From IMG/VR virus record IMGVR_UViG_3300042294_004185, positions 1 to 52,732 of that record: DNA of 52,732 nucleotides; one strand, given 5' to 3'. The position numbers and the translations under genes were made by a program. How positions within the stretch are numbered: position 1 is the stretch's first letter; the number at the start of each line of letters is the position of its first letter. Of the stretch, positions 1 to 8,475 are shown piece after piece. The notes under the pieces are model-generated. The model was not told the DNA's origin, made no database searches, and saw nothing but the letters and a program-made list of their open reading frames with translations. Source of the stretch: a virus (Duplodnaviria > Caudoviricetes).

Positions 1-49
1 TGACGAAGCCACCCCTTTCTTTCATTTAGAATTATTCTAAATAGTTAGA

Positions 50-727
50 TTAATTACCAAAAAATTCTTTTCTTCTTCTATTTACTTCTTGATCAAAAGC
101 TTCTTCTCCTTTTGCTTTCCAACTTAAATAATCTTTATATTGTGCAGGAAAATTAGCTACCCATTTATTAACAGCATCATAAGCTCGTTTAACTGTGGAA
201 GTTGATGGGTTTCGTCTAGCAATAGGAACATCAAATTGACCATCCCACCATCCCATCATGTCTCCATCAACATGAAATCTGAATTGGTTTGGGAATGATA
301 TGGTGTAAATTTTTGCTCCTGTTTTGGCTTCTAAATCTTTGGCCATTTTTTCAAAATCATTAAACATTTCTTCTCTTGTAGGAAGATTTTCATCTTCGTT
401 TAAACTTTCATTTTTCTTTAAGAAAGCAGCTACTTCAGCTGGATTAGTTGATTCAAATTCGGGTTCATCATCATATGAACCAATTTCGTCTTGATTAACA
501 GTATTGTCCCACACTACGTACATATTTTCACCTCCTTCATCACTTTCATCATAGTGAACAACAGCATATTTACCAACTACTAATGTAGCTTCTTCTGTGT
601 CTGGGGATGTTTCGAAATCAGGTAATGCTGCTATTTGTGATGTTAAATCTTCATTTAAACGAGATTGAAAAGTAATTTTATTTTCAACCAACCATTGTTT
701 TGCGTTAAAATTATCTGCTTTTTTCAT
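50..727 (-). CDS. Hypothetical acidic protein with conserved N-terminal leader; candidate internal head protein
   Basis: 225 aa ORF; first 26 aa (MKKADNFNAKQWLVENKITFQSRLNE) nearly identical to those of the upstream ORF; LNE motifs (RLNE, SLNE). Confidence 0.6.
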   Translation of the reverse strand: MKKADNFNAKQWLVENKITFQSRLNEDLTSQIAALPDFETSPDTEEATLVVGKYAVVHYDESDEGGENMYVVWDNTVNQDEIGSYDDEPEFESTNPAEVAAFLKKNESLNEDENLPTREEMFNDFEKMAKDLEAKTGAKIYTISFPNQFRFHVDGDMMGWWDGQFDVPIARRNPSTSTVKRAYDAVNKWVANFPAQYKDYLSWKAKGEEAFDQEVNRRRKEFFGN

Positions 728-1279
728 TTTGTTTTATTTAAAAGAGTTTGGTGTTAATTTGTCTTTAATATTTTCAAAAGATGCATTTAAATCATCTTTC
801 CATTCAGACTGTCCTAATAAGTAATTTATAAACTTAGTAGCTTCACCACTGTCAGGAATACTACCTATTACATCATTAGATGTAGAGGAATTATTTAATA
901 CAAAATTATCACCTTTAAGTTTTATTTGCATTGTTGCTTCTTTACCATCAGCAACTTTAGTGAAAACAAATTTAATAGTAGGATTACTACTAAACATGTT
1001 AGAGAAAAATCCTTCTTTAACTTTTGGTTTTTCAAATATTACATCTTTAAGTTTGTAATTGTAATTAGCATACCTTTTATATAAAGGATTTACTAATACA
1101 GATAAACTAAATTCATCTGGTTGAGATGAGGCTTCTTCTCCTGATGGGTTTTTAATGTTTTTAGTAGCAGCAGCAACAGCCCCCATTTGCCCTGCTAAGG
1201 CCTCATTTAGGCGAGATTGGATAGTGATTTTATTTTCAACTAACCATTTACCCGGATTAAAGTTGTCTGCTTTTTTCAT
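650..1279 (-). repeat. Imperfect 78-bp direct repeat (650..727 and 1202..1279) encoding the shared leader peptide
   Basis: 22 of 26 residues identical; DNA differences include synonymous changes. Confidence 0.9.
734..1279 (-). CDS. Hypothetical protein with conserved N-terminal leader; candidate internal head protein
   Basis: 181 aa ORF starting MKKADNFNPGKWLVENKITIQSRLNE; remainder unrelated to 50..727. Confidence 0.6.
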   Translation of the reverse strand: MKKADNFNPGKWLVENKITIQSRLNEALAGQMGAVAAATKNIKNPSGEEASSQPDEFSLSVLVNPLYKRYANYNYKLKDVIFEKPKVKEGFFSNMFSSNPTIKFVFTKVADGKEATMQIKLKGDNFVLNNSSTSNDVIGSIPDSGEATKFINYLLGQSEWKDDLNASFENIKDKLTPNSFK

Positions 1280-1980
1280 TATTTTACAATACCTGCTCTG
1301 TATTTCATTTTATGGATAAAGTTTTCATCTATTTCTTCTTCATTATTATCCATCATCCCTTGTCTCATAAGCTTTTTTCTAAAGTCAGGAACACTTTCAA
1401 TCCAACTAATTAAAGCTGTTTCACCACCTGGATTGTCATTAAAGAAATCTTCAAATGATTCATATCCTATAGTTTGGATATAGTTCTCTACATTAGTAGT
1501 ACCATAGTAACCTTCTTTTACTTCTTTTTTGGCTTCCATAGTTTGATCAGGACGTTCAGGCATCATAGCGAATTTACCTTTTAAATGAGCTAAAGCCATT
1601 TCTAAATCTGTAGTCATTGATCTAATACCTTCGTTTTTAACGGTAGTCCACTCTTCATTTTCATTATCCCAAATGTAACCATAATCAGCACCAACAGAAT
1701 CAATTTCAGAAGCTATAGTCATCATAGCTTCATTAAAATCATCAGGTAATTGAGTTACATCAGGCATTGATTTATTTGCAGCTTCCCATTCACCTGTTTC
1801 AGGATTTAAATATGAAATATATCCTACATTAGCAATTTCTTCTGCTTTAGCATCACTATTATAGAATATTTCTAAACCTTTACCTAAATTTGAAGGATAA
1901 CCATCGTAGTGGTTGTATGTTGAAGTTAATCTTAGATCACCGTCTGTATCTAAATAACCAATAAGAGCTCTAGTTCCCAT
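1279..1980 (-). CDS. Conserved phage hypothetical protein (HYDGYP motif) with C-terminal extension
   Basis: 233 aa; MGTRALIG...YNHYDGYP N-terminal domain; C-terminus KMKYRAGIVK; TATTTATA motif upstream. Confidence 0.6.
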   Translation of the reverse strand: MGTRALIGYLDTDGDLRLTSTYNHYDGYPSNLGKGLEIFYNSDAKAEEIANVGYISYLNPETGEWEAANKSMPDVTQLPDDFNEAMMTIASEIDSVGADYGYIWDNENEEWTTVKNEGIRSMTTDLEMALAHLKGKFAMMPERPDQTMEAKKEVKEGYYGTTNVENYIQTIGYESFEDFFNDNPGGETALISWIESVPDFRKKLMRQGMMDNNEEEIDENFIHKMKYRAGIVK

Positions 1981-1994
1981 AGTTTAATATATGT

Positions 1995-2002
1995 TATAAA
2001 TA
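1995..2002 (-). promoter_or_regulatory. TATTTATA upstream motif (putative late promoter)
   Basis: Same motif upstream of ORFs at 20015, 32512, 33559, 34889, 41810. Confidence 0.55.
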
Positions 2003-2434
2003 TTACAAAGAGTATTTTAATTTAAAAGAATCAATATAACTTTCACCTACAGCTACATCTAAAATAATAGCATTATCAGGAACACCTGGTAGTGTAGGAG
2101 CTGAAATAATGTAATCAATATTTTCATTATTCCAAACTTTCATTTTAGTTTTAGCATTTGAACGTTCTGATGTTTTGAATACCATTACAACAGGTTGACC
2201 ATTATATGCTTTACCTTTTTCTGCTTTAAATTTTTCATGTTTATAGCCTTTAGGATAAGTAACTTCTACTTTATAAGGACCATTAGCATTTTTACTTTTA
2301 TCATAGTACCAAGTTGATTTAGTTCCTTCATTTTGATACTTTTCATTAGCAAACTCATAATAAGTTCTTTCGAATTTGTCTAATACTACAGCAGGTACCT
2401 CAGCAGGTCTACCTCTACGTTCTGTTTTTTCCAT
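2003..2434 (-). CDS. Hypothetical protein with N-terminal AT-hook-like RRGRP
   Basis: ORF track starts 2449, but the ATG at 2434 follows the AAATAAAGGTT leader shared with 3174 and 40397. Confidence 0.6.
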   Translation of the reverse strand: MEKTERRGRPAEVPAVVLDKFERTYYEFANEKYQNEGTKSTWYYDKSKNANGPYKVEVTYPKGYKHEKFKAEKGKAYNGQPVVMVFKTSERSNAKTKMKVWNNENIDYIISAPTLPGVPDNAIILDVAVGESYIDSFKLKYSL

Positions 2435-2455
2435 AACCTTTATTTCCATGTCGTT

Positions 2456-2485
2456 AATATACGAATTCTATTTTAAAAAGCCAAA
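2456..2485 (-). promoter_or_regulatory. Bacteroidota-type -33/-7 promoter (TTTGG-N19-TATATT)
   Basis: TTTGGCTTTTTAAAATAGAATTCGTATATT; identical spacing in 10 copies. Confidence 0.75.
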
Positions 2486-2704
2486 TTACCTGTACATGAC
2501 TATTATATCACCAAAATGTTTATCTAAAACATTAATTAGATTTTCATAGTTACCACTTGTCATTTCATTTTTAACTGGTTCCCATTCAATACCTGTTTTG
2601 TGACATAAATCTTTAGCAAGACCTAATAAAGCAAAAGCATTACCTTCAGGACCCATTAAATCGATTTCGATTTTAGTTTTTTTAGGACGTTTATTTGTTA
2701 TCAT
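2486..2704 (-). CDS. Conserved small phage protein (IDLxGPxGNAF motif)
   Basis: 72 aa; translationally coupled to the upstream ORF. Confidence 0.65.
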   Translation of the reverse strand: MITNKRPKKTKIEIDLMGPEGNAFALLGLAKDLCHKTGIEWEPVKNEMTSGNYENLINVLDKHFGDIIVMYR

Positions 2705-3174
2705 TAGTTTAATTGTTTACGAACTTCTTGAACATGTTTACAGCCTTTGTTTCTATCTTTAGCTCTGTAGAAACCACTACAATTACAAGTTAATTTTAAA
2801 CCTGATTTTTTAACTGTATAAAAATGACCTGGATCACTTGATGATTCAAATTTCCAAACATCTTTTTCAACAGGTACTTCTATTTTTTCAGGTTTAATCC
2901 ATTCAATATCATTCAATGTTGTTTCAGGATGAACTTCCTGCCAAGTAGGAACAATATATTTTTTACCTGATGTAGATGAAATAAACAATGTTGGTGGTAA
3001 CATAGCATGAATATATTCATACTTAAATAAATGACTACTACCACTTACTAAATGAGGAGCTGGTTTGAAACCATAAGATGTTCCTTTAGTATGTTTAATA
3101 AATCTGTTAGTGTAGGTAATTTCTTGACCTAAGATATTTACTTTGTACGTTTCTGTTACTTTATGTAATGCCAT
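2704..3174 (-). CDS. SWIM zinc-finger protein
   Basis: C-terminal CNCSGF...CKHV (CxC-xn-CxH). Confidence 0.7.
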   Translation of the reverse strand: MALHKVTETYKVNILGQEITYTNRFIKHTKGTSYGFKPAPHLVSGSSHLFKYEYIHAMLPPTLFISSTSGKKYIVPTWQEVHPETTLNDIEWIKPEKIEVPVEKDVWKFESSSDPGHFYTVKKSGLKLTCNCSGFYRAKDRNKGCKHVQEVRKQLN

Positions 3175-3195
3175 AACCTTTATTTCTATGACATG

Positions 3196-3225
3196 AATAT
3201 ACGAAAGGGATTTTAAGAAGCCAAA
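3196..3225 (-). promoter_or_regulatory. -33/-7 promoter (TTTGG-N19-TATATT)
   Basis: TTTGGCTTCTTAAAATCCCTTTCGTATATT followed by AGAAATAAAGGTTATG. Confidence 0.75.
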
Positions 3226-3386
3226 CCTTTTTTTTCTTCTTGCATCTCTTCTTTAAGTAACTGAACATCTAATGTAAGAGCAACACATAAACGTTCTAAA
3301 GCATCCCAATCATATTGTGCTATTTTAGCTAAAATATCATCAGGGATGCTTTGAAAAAACTCTATTGCGCTTCCATCAATCTTCAT
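3213..3386 (-). CDS. Small hypothetical protein (57 aa, not in ORF track)
   Basis: Hand translation MKIDGSAIEFFQSIPDDILAKIAQYDWDALERLCVALTLDVQLLKEEMQEEKKGLAS; fills the gap. Confidence 0.55.
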   Translation of the reverse strand: MKIDGSAIEFFQSIPDDILAKIAQYDWDALERLCVALTLDVQLLKEEMQEEKKGLAS

Positions 3387-3501
3387 GTAAAATATCCTTT
3401 AACCAATCAGGATTTTTCTTTTTAATTTTACCTTTAGTTTTTTGTTCTTCTAACCAAATTCTTAGAACTGCCAATTTTTGATTGTTGCTTGTTTTACTCA
3501 T
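3376..3501 (-). CDS. Small basic hypothetical protein (41 aa, not in ORF track)
   Basis: MSKTSNNQKLAVLRIWLEEQKTKGKIKKKNPDWLKDILHED; tightly packed between neighbours. Confidence 0.45.
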   Translation of the reverse strand: MSKTSNNQKLAVLRIWLEEQKTKGKIKKKNPDWLKDILHED

Positions 3502-3509
3502 AAATGTTT

Positions 3510-3665
3510 TTAACCTTGTCCTACTGAAACTTTAATATAATTTTTTGAATTTTTATTTTTACTCATTTTTGTTTTTGCGTGAACACCTTTTCTTGATTTT
3601 TTAGGTTTTTTTCTGTAGAGTGAAGATGCACTACTTAATGTTGATTTTTTCTTTGTTGCTGCCAT
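3510..3665 (-). CDS. Very basic small protein ending GQG (51 aa, not in ORF track)
   Basis: MAATKKKSTLSSASSLYRKKPKKSRKGVHAKTKMSKNKNSKNYIKVSVGQG; TATGTAT motif just upstream. Confidence 0.65.
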   Translation of the reverse strand: MAATKKKSTLSSASSLYRKKPKKSRKGVHAKTKMSKNKNSKNYIKVSVGQG

Positions 3666-3689
3666 GCTGATACATACATGGCTTTATAA

Positions 3690-4223
3690 TTAAAGTCTTT
3701 CCCATTTACTTTTGTAATCTTTGTTAGTAGTAGCATAAATAGCATACTCATTTCTAATTGGTTGACCTGAATTATAAGCACCACAAGCCAAAGTCCAATC
3801 ATGGTGAATTGAATACCATTTACGAAGCATCTGCATACTAATTTTAACATTTAAGTCAATATTATTACGTAATTCTTTTTCAGTAACGCGTTTTTTAGCG
3901 TATGGTTGCGCCCATCTTGTAATAATTTGCATAGGCCCTACAGCACCAGCAGATGACGTTCTACGATGTTCATAATCAAAATCAAATGGGCCTCTATAAC
4001 GTGTTTCTAGATAAGCAACATTGTAAGCAATGTGTTTTGGGATACCGAAACTATCACTCCAATGTTCAATTGATTCGTACATTTGGAGTGAAGTAGTTCC
4101 AGCAGCTAAATCTAGTCTGTCTTCAAATTCATCCATTCTTCTAGTAATGTTAAGATACATTAAGCATATAACACCCAGAACAATAATTAAATACCAACTT
4201 TTTAATTTAGCAAAAATTCCCAT
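3690..4223 (-). CDS. Lytic transglycosylase (SLT domain) with N-terminal transmembrane anchor
   Basis: Catalytic ET (YLETRY), SSAGAVGPMQI, AYNSG motifs; hydrophobic N-terminus. Confidence 0.85.
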   Translation of the reverse strand: MGIFAKLKSWYLIIVLGVICLMYLNITRRMDEFEDRLDLAAGTTSLQMYESIEHWSDSFGIPKHIAYNVAYLETRYRGPFDFDYEHRRTSSAGAVGPMQIITRWAQPYAKKRVTEKELRNNIDLNVKISMQMLRKWYSIHHDWTLACGAYNSGQPIRNEYAIYATTNKDYKSKWERL

Positions 4224-4227
4224 AGTT

Positions 4228-4542
4228 TTATTTTGTCAAAGGGTTAGCAATTTTAGCAGCATACATTCTGAAAATAGCACTACCTACTGAGTCGCTATAG
4301 ATAATATACTGACCTGTTTTACGGTCCATAATTATCAATTTGTCTTCAGAATCGATAGCAATTCTAACTTCTTTATTCAAGATAGTTTCATTTACTGCTT
4401 GTGGTTTCATTTTCAATTCTTGAAAATAATAACCTAATCCAAAACCAGCAATCAAAGTTGATGCTACAATAGTGACGTTCATAAAACGAGCGAATGCTGT
4501 TTTAAACTTTTCTTTGAACTCTTCTGTGATTAAATTTTTCAT
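4228..4542 (-). CDS. Single-pass membrane protein
   Basis: Hydrophobic segment VTIVASTLIAGFGLGYYF; directly upstream of the SLT. Confidence 0.6.
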   Translation of the reverse strand: MKNLITEEFKEKFKTAFARFMNVTIVASTLIAGFGLGYYFQELKMKPQAVNETILNKEVRIAIDSEDKLIIMDRKTGQYIIYSDSVGSAIFRMYAAKIANPLTK

Positions 4543-4558
4543 AACTATTTTTGTTGTA

Positions 4559-4588
4559 AATATAATGATAGGATTTTAAATCCCCACG
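4559..4588 (-). promoter_or_regulatory. -33/-7 promoter variant (CGTGG-N19-TATATT)
   Basis: Same spacing as the other copies; spacer contains a near-palindrome (GGATTTAAAATCC). Confidence 0.55.
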
Positions 4589-4593
4589 TTAAA

Positions 4594-4926
4594 TTAAGAT
4601 TTTTTTGGTCTTCCTCTTTGTTTAACAACAGGGTTCTTAAGTTCATTAATAGTACTTACTATTCTAGAACAATCTTCATACATTTCTTCTCTGATATAGT
4701 AAGGTAAATTTTCTTCTAATGTTGAAGCAAAATGTTGTCTTTCAACAGTAATGTCATATATTTCACCTTCTTCTAAACAAGTAATAGATAAAACATGTAC
4801 GTGTTTTTTCTTTGTATGTATATTTTCTAAAATACCACTTACAATAGCTTTTGCTATTCTAATATCTTTATTGTCTACTAATTCCTGAAATTCTTCAGTG
4901 TTATTGACTGTGATTTCTGCTACCAT
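4594..4926 (-). CDS. Hypothetical protein with C-terminal AT-hook-like RGRPKK
   Basis: 110 aa ORF in a tightly packed run. Confidence 0.6.
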   Translation of the reverse strand: MVAEITVNNTEEFQELVDNKDIRIAKAIVSGILENIHTKKKHVHVLSITCLEEGEIYDITVERQHFASTLEENLPYYIREEMYEDCSRIVSTINELKNPVVKQRGRPKKS

Positions 4927-4928
4927 AA

Positions 4929-5114
4929 TTAAAATAATTTAAAAAAGTCTGTGTTAATATTCTTTTCCTTTAATTTACTAAATTTTTCTTGCTCTTCCAA
5001 GGTTTTGGTGGCAAGTTTTTCAAGATGTTTTTGCTTTTGGGAGTCAAAATCATTCACAATAGCATCGTGTTTTTTGTTTTTACCCTTTTTTAATAATGGT
5101 ACTCTTTTTTTCAT
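4929..5114 (-). CDS. Small basic hypothetical protein
   Basis: 61 aa; ATGA overlap with the upstream gene. Confidence 0.55.
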   Translation of the reverse strand: MKKRVPLLKKGKNKKHDAIVNDFDSQKQKHLEKLATKTLEEQEKFSKLKEKNINTDFFKLF

Positions 5115-5755
5115 AGGCGAGAAATATATTCACTACCATCATCTACAGGTTTCGGGTCATATAGTCCTAATTCTCTAAGTCGTTGTTGAGTATAATCATC
5201 TACTTCCCAATCAACTTTTGATTCATTTTTAACTAAATGATCTTCAAGCCCCTCTAGCTGTTTGTCGCTAAATATGTCTCCGATTTGGAGGAAATAACAA
5301 TTGTAACAAAGCATTTCTAAATTCTCTAGTCTATAATGTTGTTTGTTACCATCCTTAAAATTCATTATAAGCGGCATTTTATAGTCTAGTACGCGATGCT
5401 CATGAAAACCACACGAATAGCATTCCTCTTTCATATAACCCTCTTGTAACAACCTATATTTAATTTTATTTGGGTTGAATGAAGAGGGGTCAATTCTACC
5501 TTCTATTAAATCTAATAAAGCAAAATCCTTTCTTGGGTTACCATTACTTAAAAATTTAGGAATACCTTTACCTGATTGGTTTTTATGTTGTTCAAATAAA
5601 TTTGGGTAACCAGGTTCAGTAGCATCGTAACGTTTTGCCCACATCTTATAATGAATATAAGAACAATTCAAATAACGTGCTGCTGCTTTATTTGATTTGG
5701 TTTTAGCCATAGCAGCTAAAATCATTTCCTTACCAAGTGGTCTTGCTTTAGGCAT
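5111..5755 (-). CDS. HTH plus HNH-like zinc-binding protein (degenerate HNH)
   Basis: N-terminal SNKAAARYLNCSY helix-turn-helix; CYSCG...KDGN...ENLEMLCYNC. Confidence 0.65.
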   Translation of the reverse strand: MPKARPLGKEMILAAMAKTKSNKAAARYLNCSYIHYKMWAKRYDATEPGYPNLFEQHKNQSGKGIPKFLSNGNPRKDFALLDLIEGRIDPSSFNPNKIKYRLLQEGYMKEECYSCGFHEHRVLDYKMPLIMNFKDGNKQHYRLENLEMLCYNCYFLQIGDIFSDKQLEGLEDHLVKNESKVDWEVDDYTQQRLRELGLYDPKPVDDGSEYISRL

Positions 5756-6057
5756 TATTCTTCCTCGTTTGATTTTACCTCTCTAAATCCATAAGGAATT
5801 TCTTGTTGAGGTTCATCCGTTGGTTCAAGTAATTTATTTCCTGCTTTACGTAGTTTATTTTCTGCTTCAATATATGCTTTATATTCATCGTGTTCTAGAT
5901 GAATAGTTTCAATCCAAGTATGGTCACCTTCACCTTTCATTACAGTGATTGTACCTTTTTTCTGTACACCTGAGCAATTAACACATGTTTTAGCTGTTGG
6001 GAGTGCTTTAATTCTACCTTCAGGTATTACATCTCCACATTTTACACAATTTTTCAT
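5755..6057 (-). CDS. DksA/TraR-type C4 zinc-finger protein
   Basis: CVKCGDVIPEGRIKALPTAKTCVNC matches CxxCGxxIPxxRxxAxPxxxxCxxC. Confidence 0.8.
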   Translation of the reverse strand: MKNCVKCGDVIPEGRIKALPTAKTCVNCSGVQKKGTITVMKGEGDHTWIETIHLEHDEYKAYIEAENKLRKAGNKLLEPTDEPQQEIPYGFREVKSNEEE

Positions 6058-6060
6058 AAC

Positions 6061-6444
6061 TTATTTGTTTTTTTCTATATTATCTATTCTTTTTAAAAAT
6101 TCCCAAAGTTGTTCTGCTGTTTCTACCAGTACATCTTCTTCTTTACCATCAATATGATCATTAAATTTAATAGGCATTATTTCTCCTTCTTTATTATATC
6201 GATCATATACCCACCATAAAATGATATCTGTTTTCCATTCACCATATTTTAGGTGTAATAGATTTTCAATCATTATATAAAAAGGTTCTTCATAGGAAGT
6301 AATATTTAAATTATGTTGTTCTAATGAAGCTGTTCGTTCAAAACAATCATTAAGTAAATTAATTATATCTACTAAAATCTCCTTTTCACTTAAATCCTTT
6401 TTCTTTTTAGATTTAATATTTACATTTTTACCAAAATTTTTCAT
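6061..6444 (-). CDS. Hypothetical protein
   Basis: 127 aa ORF, coupled to neighbours. Confidence 0.6.
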   Translation of the reverse strand: MKNFGKNVNIKSKKKKDLSEKEILVDIINLLNDCFERTASLEQHNLNITSYEEPFYIMIENLLHLKYGEWKTDIILWWVYDRYNKEGEIMPIKFNDHIDGKEEDVLVETAEQLWEFLKRIDNIEKNK

Positions 6445-6599
6445 AGGATAGTTGTTACGCCAAATATTTTTAAAAACTCTTTTAATGGTAATTGTTTACG
6501 TTCAGCAAATATTTTAGCTGCTTGTAATCTGGAAGTTGTAATTACCCGACCAATTGTTTCTTGATCTTTATCTCTTTTGCTATAGAATTTAAATATCAT
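6441..6599 (-). CDS. Small hypothetical protein (52 aa, not in ORF track)
   Basis: MIFKFYSKRDKDQETIGRVITTSRLQAAKIFAERKQLPLKEFLKIFGVTTIL; ATGA overlaps at both ends. Confidence 0.6.
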   Translation of the reverse strand: MIFKFYSKRDKDQETIGRVITTSRLQAAKIFAERKQLPLKEFLKIFGVTTIL

Positions 6600-7525
6600 A
6601 TTCTAATGTATTTATTTTGTTGTTCTTCTAAGGAATTAATAGTAACTTTTAAATTTCCTATTTCAAATACTCCTAAATCATTTGTTTCTTTTACAATATC
6701 ATTTAGTTGTTGAATATAACTATAATCCTCTTGAGTAAATTTACTACCTTCTAATTCAACAACTATATCTTCACCACCGTTGAACCAATACTCTATACTT
6801 TCTTTATCACCAGAATTAATTTGACCGTTGATTATAACTTTTTTATTATACACTACATTATGTTCTGATTTTCTGAATCCCCATTTTTTAACAAACTTTT
6901 TATTTGATTCTATTTCAATAGGTAAATAATCACCAACACGAGATGTTTTACTAACAAAGTGATAAACATGAGCTGAACTTACTTTTTGTTCATATCCTGC
7001 TAATTTATGTCGTAGATGTAAGTCATCATCCTCACAAAATAATTTAAAAGTATATCCATCTATACCTAAATAATCTTCTTTCATACAACCAAAAAACATT
7101 TGAGCACCACCAAATGGGCCAACTGGTTCTAATAGATCATGTTCAATTTTAATATCTAAAAACTTTTGATAATTAAAAGAAATTAAATCTGTTCCACAGT
7201 CAACAACTTTTTTACCTGGGAATTCATTAGGGAATGTAGGTGGTTCTACTCTAGTATAAGCAGTGATTCTGCCTTTAACAATGTCTTTATCCATTTGTTC
7301 TACAAATCCAGGTTTAATAACCATATCATTATGTAATAAGATTATTTTTTCACCTTTTGCTTTAGCAACAGCATTATTATAATTAACACCCATAGTTACA
7401 GTATTATCTTCTGATACTATAATTTCTACTTGTGTTTCGTCAGGATAAATTTCTCGAATATTTTTTACTAAGTTATTCGTATACTCGGAATTTGTTTTGT
7501 TTGTTGGAATAATTAATGATATCAT
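6596..7525 (-). CDS. Glycosyltransferase family 2
   Basis: MISLIIPT start, NNAVAKAKGEKIILLHND, FCEDDDLHLR, VYHFVSKTSR. Confidence 0.85.
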   Translation of the reverse strand: MISLIIPTNKTNSEYTNNLVKNIREIYPDETQVEIIVSEDNTVTMGVNYNNAVAKAKGEKIILLHNDMVIKPGFVEQMDKDIVKGRITAYTRVEPPTFPNEFPGKKVVDCGTDLISFNYQKFLDIKIEHDLLEPVGPFGGAQMFFGCMKEDYLGIDGYTFKLFCEDDDLHLRHKLAGYEQKVSSAHVYHFVSKTSRVGDYLPIEIESNKKFVKKWGFRKSEHNVVYNKKVIINGQINSGDKESIEYWFNGGEDIVVELEGSKFTQEDYSYIQQLNDIVKETNDLGVFEIGNLKVTINSLEEQQNKYIRI

Positions 7526-8475
7526 TGTACAAGTTCTCCGTTAATATTGTTTGGTAATATATTTTTTTCTTTTAGTTGACTAATACCTTTTTTAATATAT
7601 TCAGGTAATTTAGCTTCAAATTCTTTTCTTTGATTTGGAACATCATTTATTTTTAATCTATCTCTATAATATTTAGTAAAACCATCAGCTCCATCTTTTA
7701 ATAATGGGCCTGATGGATACATCCATATTGTTTCTCCTTGTAAAAGATATTGTTGAAAATCTATTTTATTAAGTTTACAAAAATTAGAAAGCATCATAGA
7801 ATAATGATCCCAAGGACCATATCCCTCCCAATCATCTTGTACAGGACATAAATCTTCATAAAATGCTTTATTATATAAATCCATCCACCCAGCAAATTTA
7901 CTATTAGACAAAGGTAATAATCCTATTTCTTCATTTGAATTTTTATTATCATATCTAATATCAAAAATATCTACAGTTAAATAATCACTATAAGGAATAT
8001 TCATATATTTAGGATTTGTTATTCTATCCCAATCACTATCTCCTACTTTTGAAATTTGGGGGGTAATTACAAAATATTTACTTGTAACTAATTTAGCTGA
8101 TTCTATTAGATATGTTAAAACATATTCACTAAAATAAGTATCGGGGCAAATTGTTATATAATAATCTATATCTTTATCTATGGCTTCTCTTTGTTGGTTT
8201 AAATGACCATATAATTTATCCCCTTCATATATTTTACTATTTACTTTGTAATCACTTAATAATAAAAGTAAAGTATTAAATTTATCAATAAAATAATCTT
8301 TAGGTAATTTACTTTCTTCCCAATTATATAAATAACTTGTAAGATTTAATTCAATATCTAAAGTTATATTTACGTCCGCTGGTAAGTGATATTTGGATTT
8401 TTTTAATTGAGTGAACATTAATAAAGTATAATCAATGTCCCAGGGCATTATATGACTTATTATTTTAATATTCAT
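7522..8475 (-). CDS. Putative GT-A fold glycosyltransferase-like protein
   Basis: ITICPDTYFS (DxD-like position), WEGYGPWD motif, cluster context. Confidence 0.5.
   Translation of the reverse strand: MNIKIISHIMPWDIDYTLLMFTQLKKSKYHLPADVNITLDIELNLTSYLYNWEESKLPKDYFIDKFNTLLLLLSDYKVNSKIYEGDKLYGHLNQQREAIDKDIDYYITICPDTYFSEYVLTYLIESAKLVTSKYFVITPQISKVGDSDWDRITNPKYMNIPYSDYLTVDIFDIRYDNKNSNEEIGLLPLSNSKFAGWMDLYNKAFYEDLCPVQDDWEGYGPWDHYSMMLSNFCKLNKIDFQQYLLQGETIWMYPSGPLLKDGADGFTKYYRDRLKINDVPNQRKEFEAKLPEYIKKGISQLKEKNILPNNINGELVQ

Noticed and set aside
1-25. Possible start of a minus-strand ORF (MKERGGFV) or half of a terminator hairpin
   Set aside because: Truncated by the window edge; cannot be distinguished.
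1279-1980. N-terminal MGT as a QueC protein-deazaguanylation target (QatB-like)
   Set aside because: A three-residue match, 35 kb from queC, with no other supporting feature.
3635-3850. 71-aa minus-strand ORF in the track
   Set aside because: Alternate frame overlapping the SLT gene and the better-supported 3510..3665 ORF.
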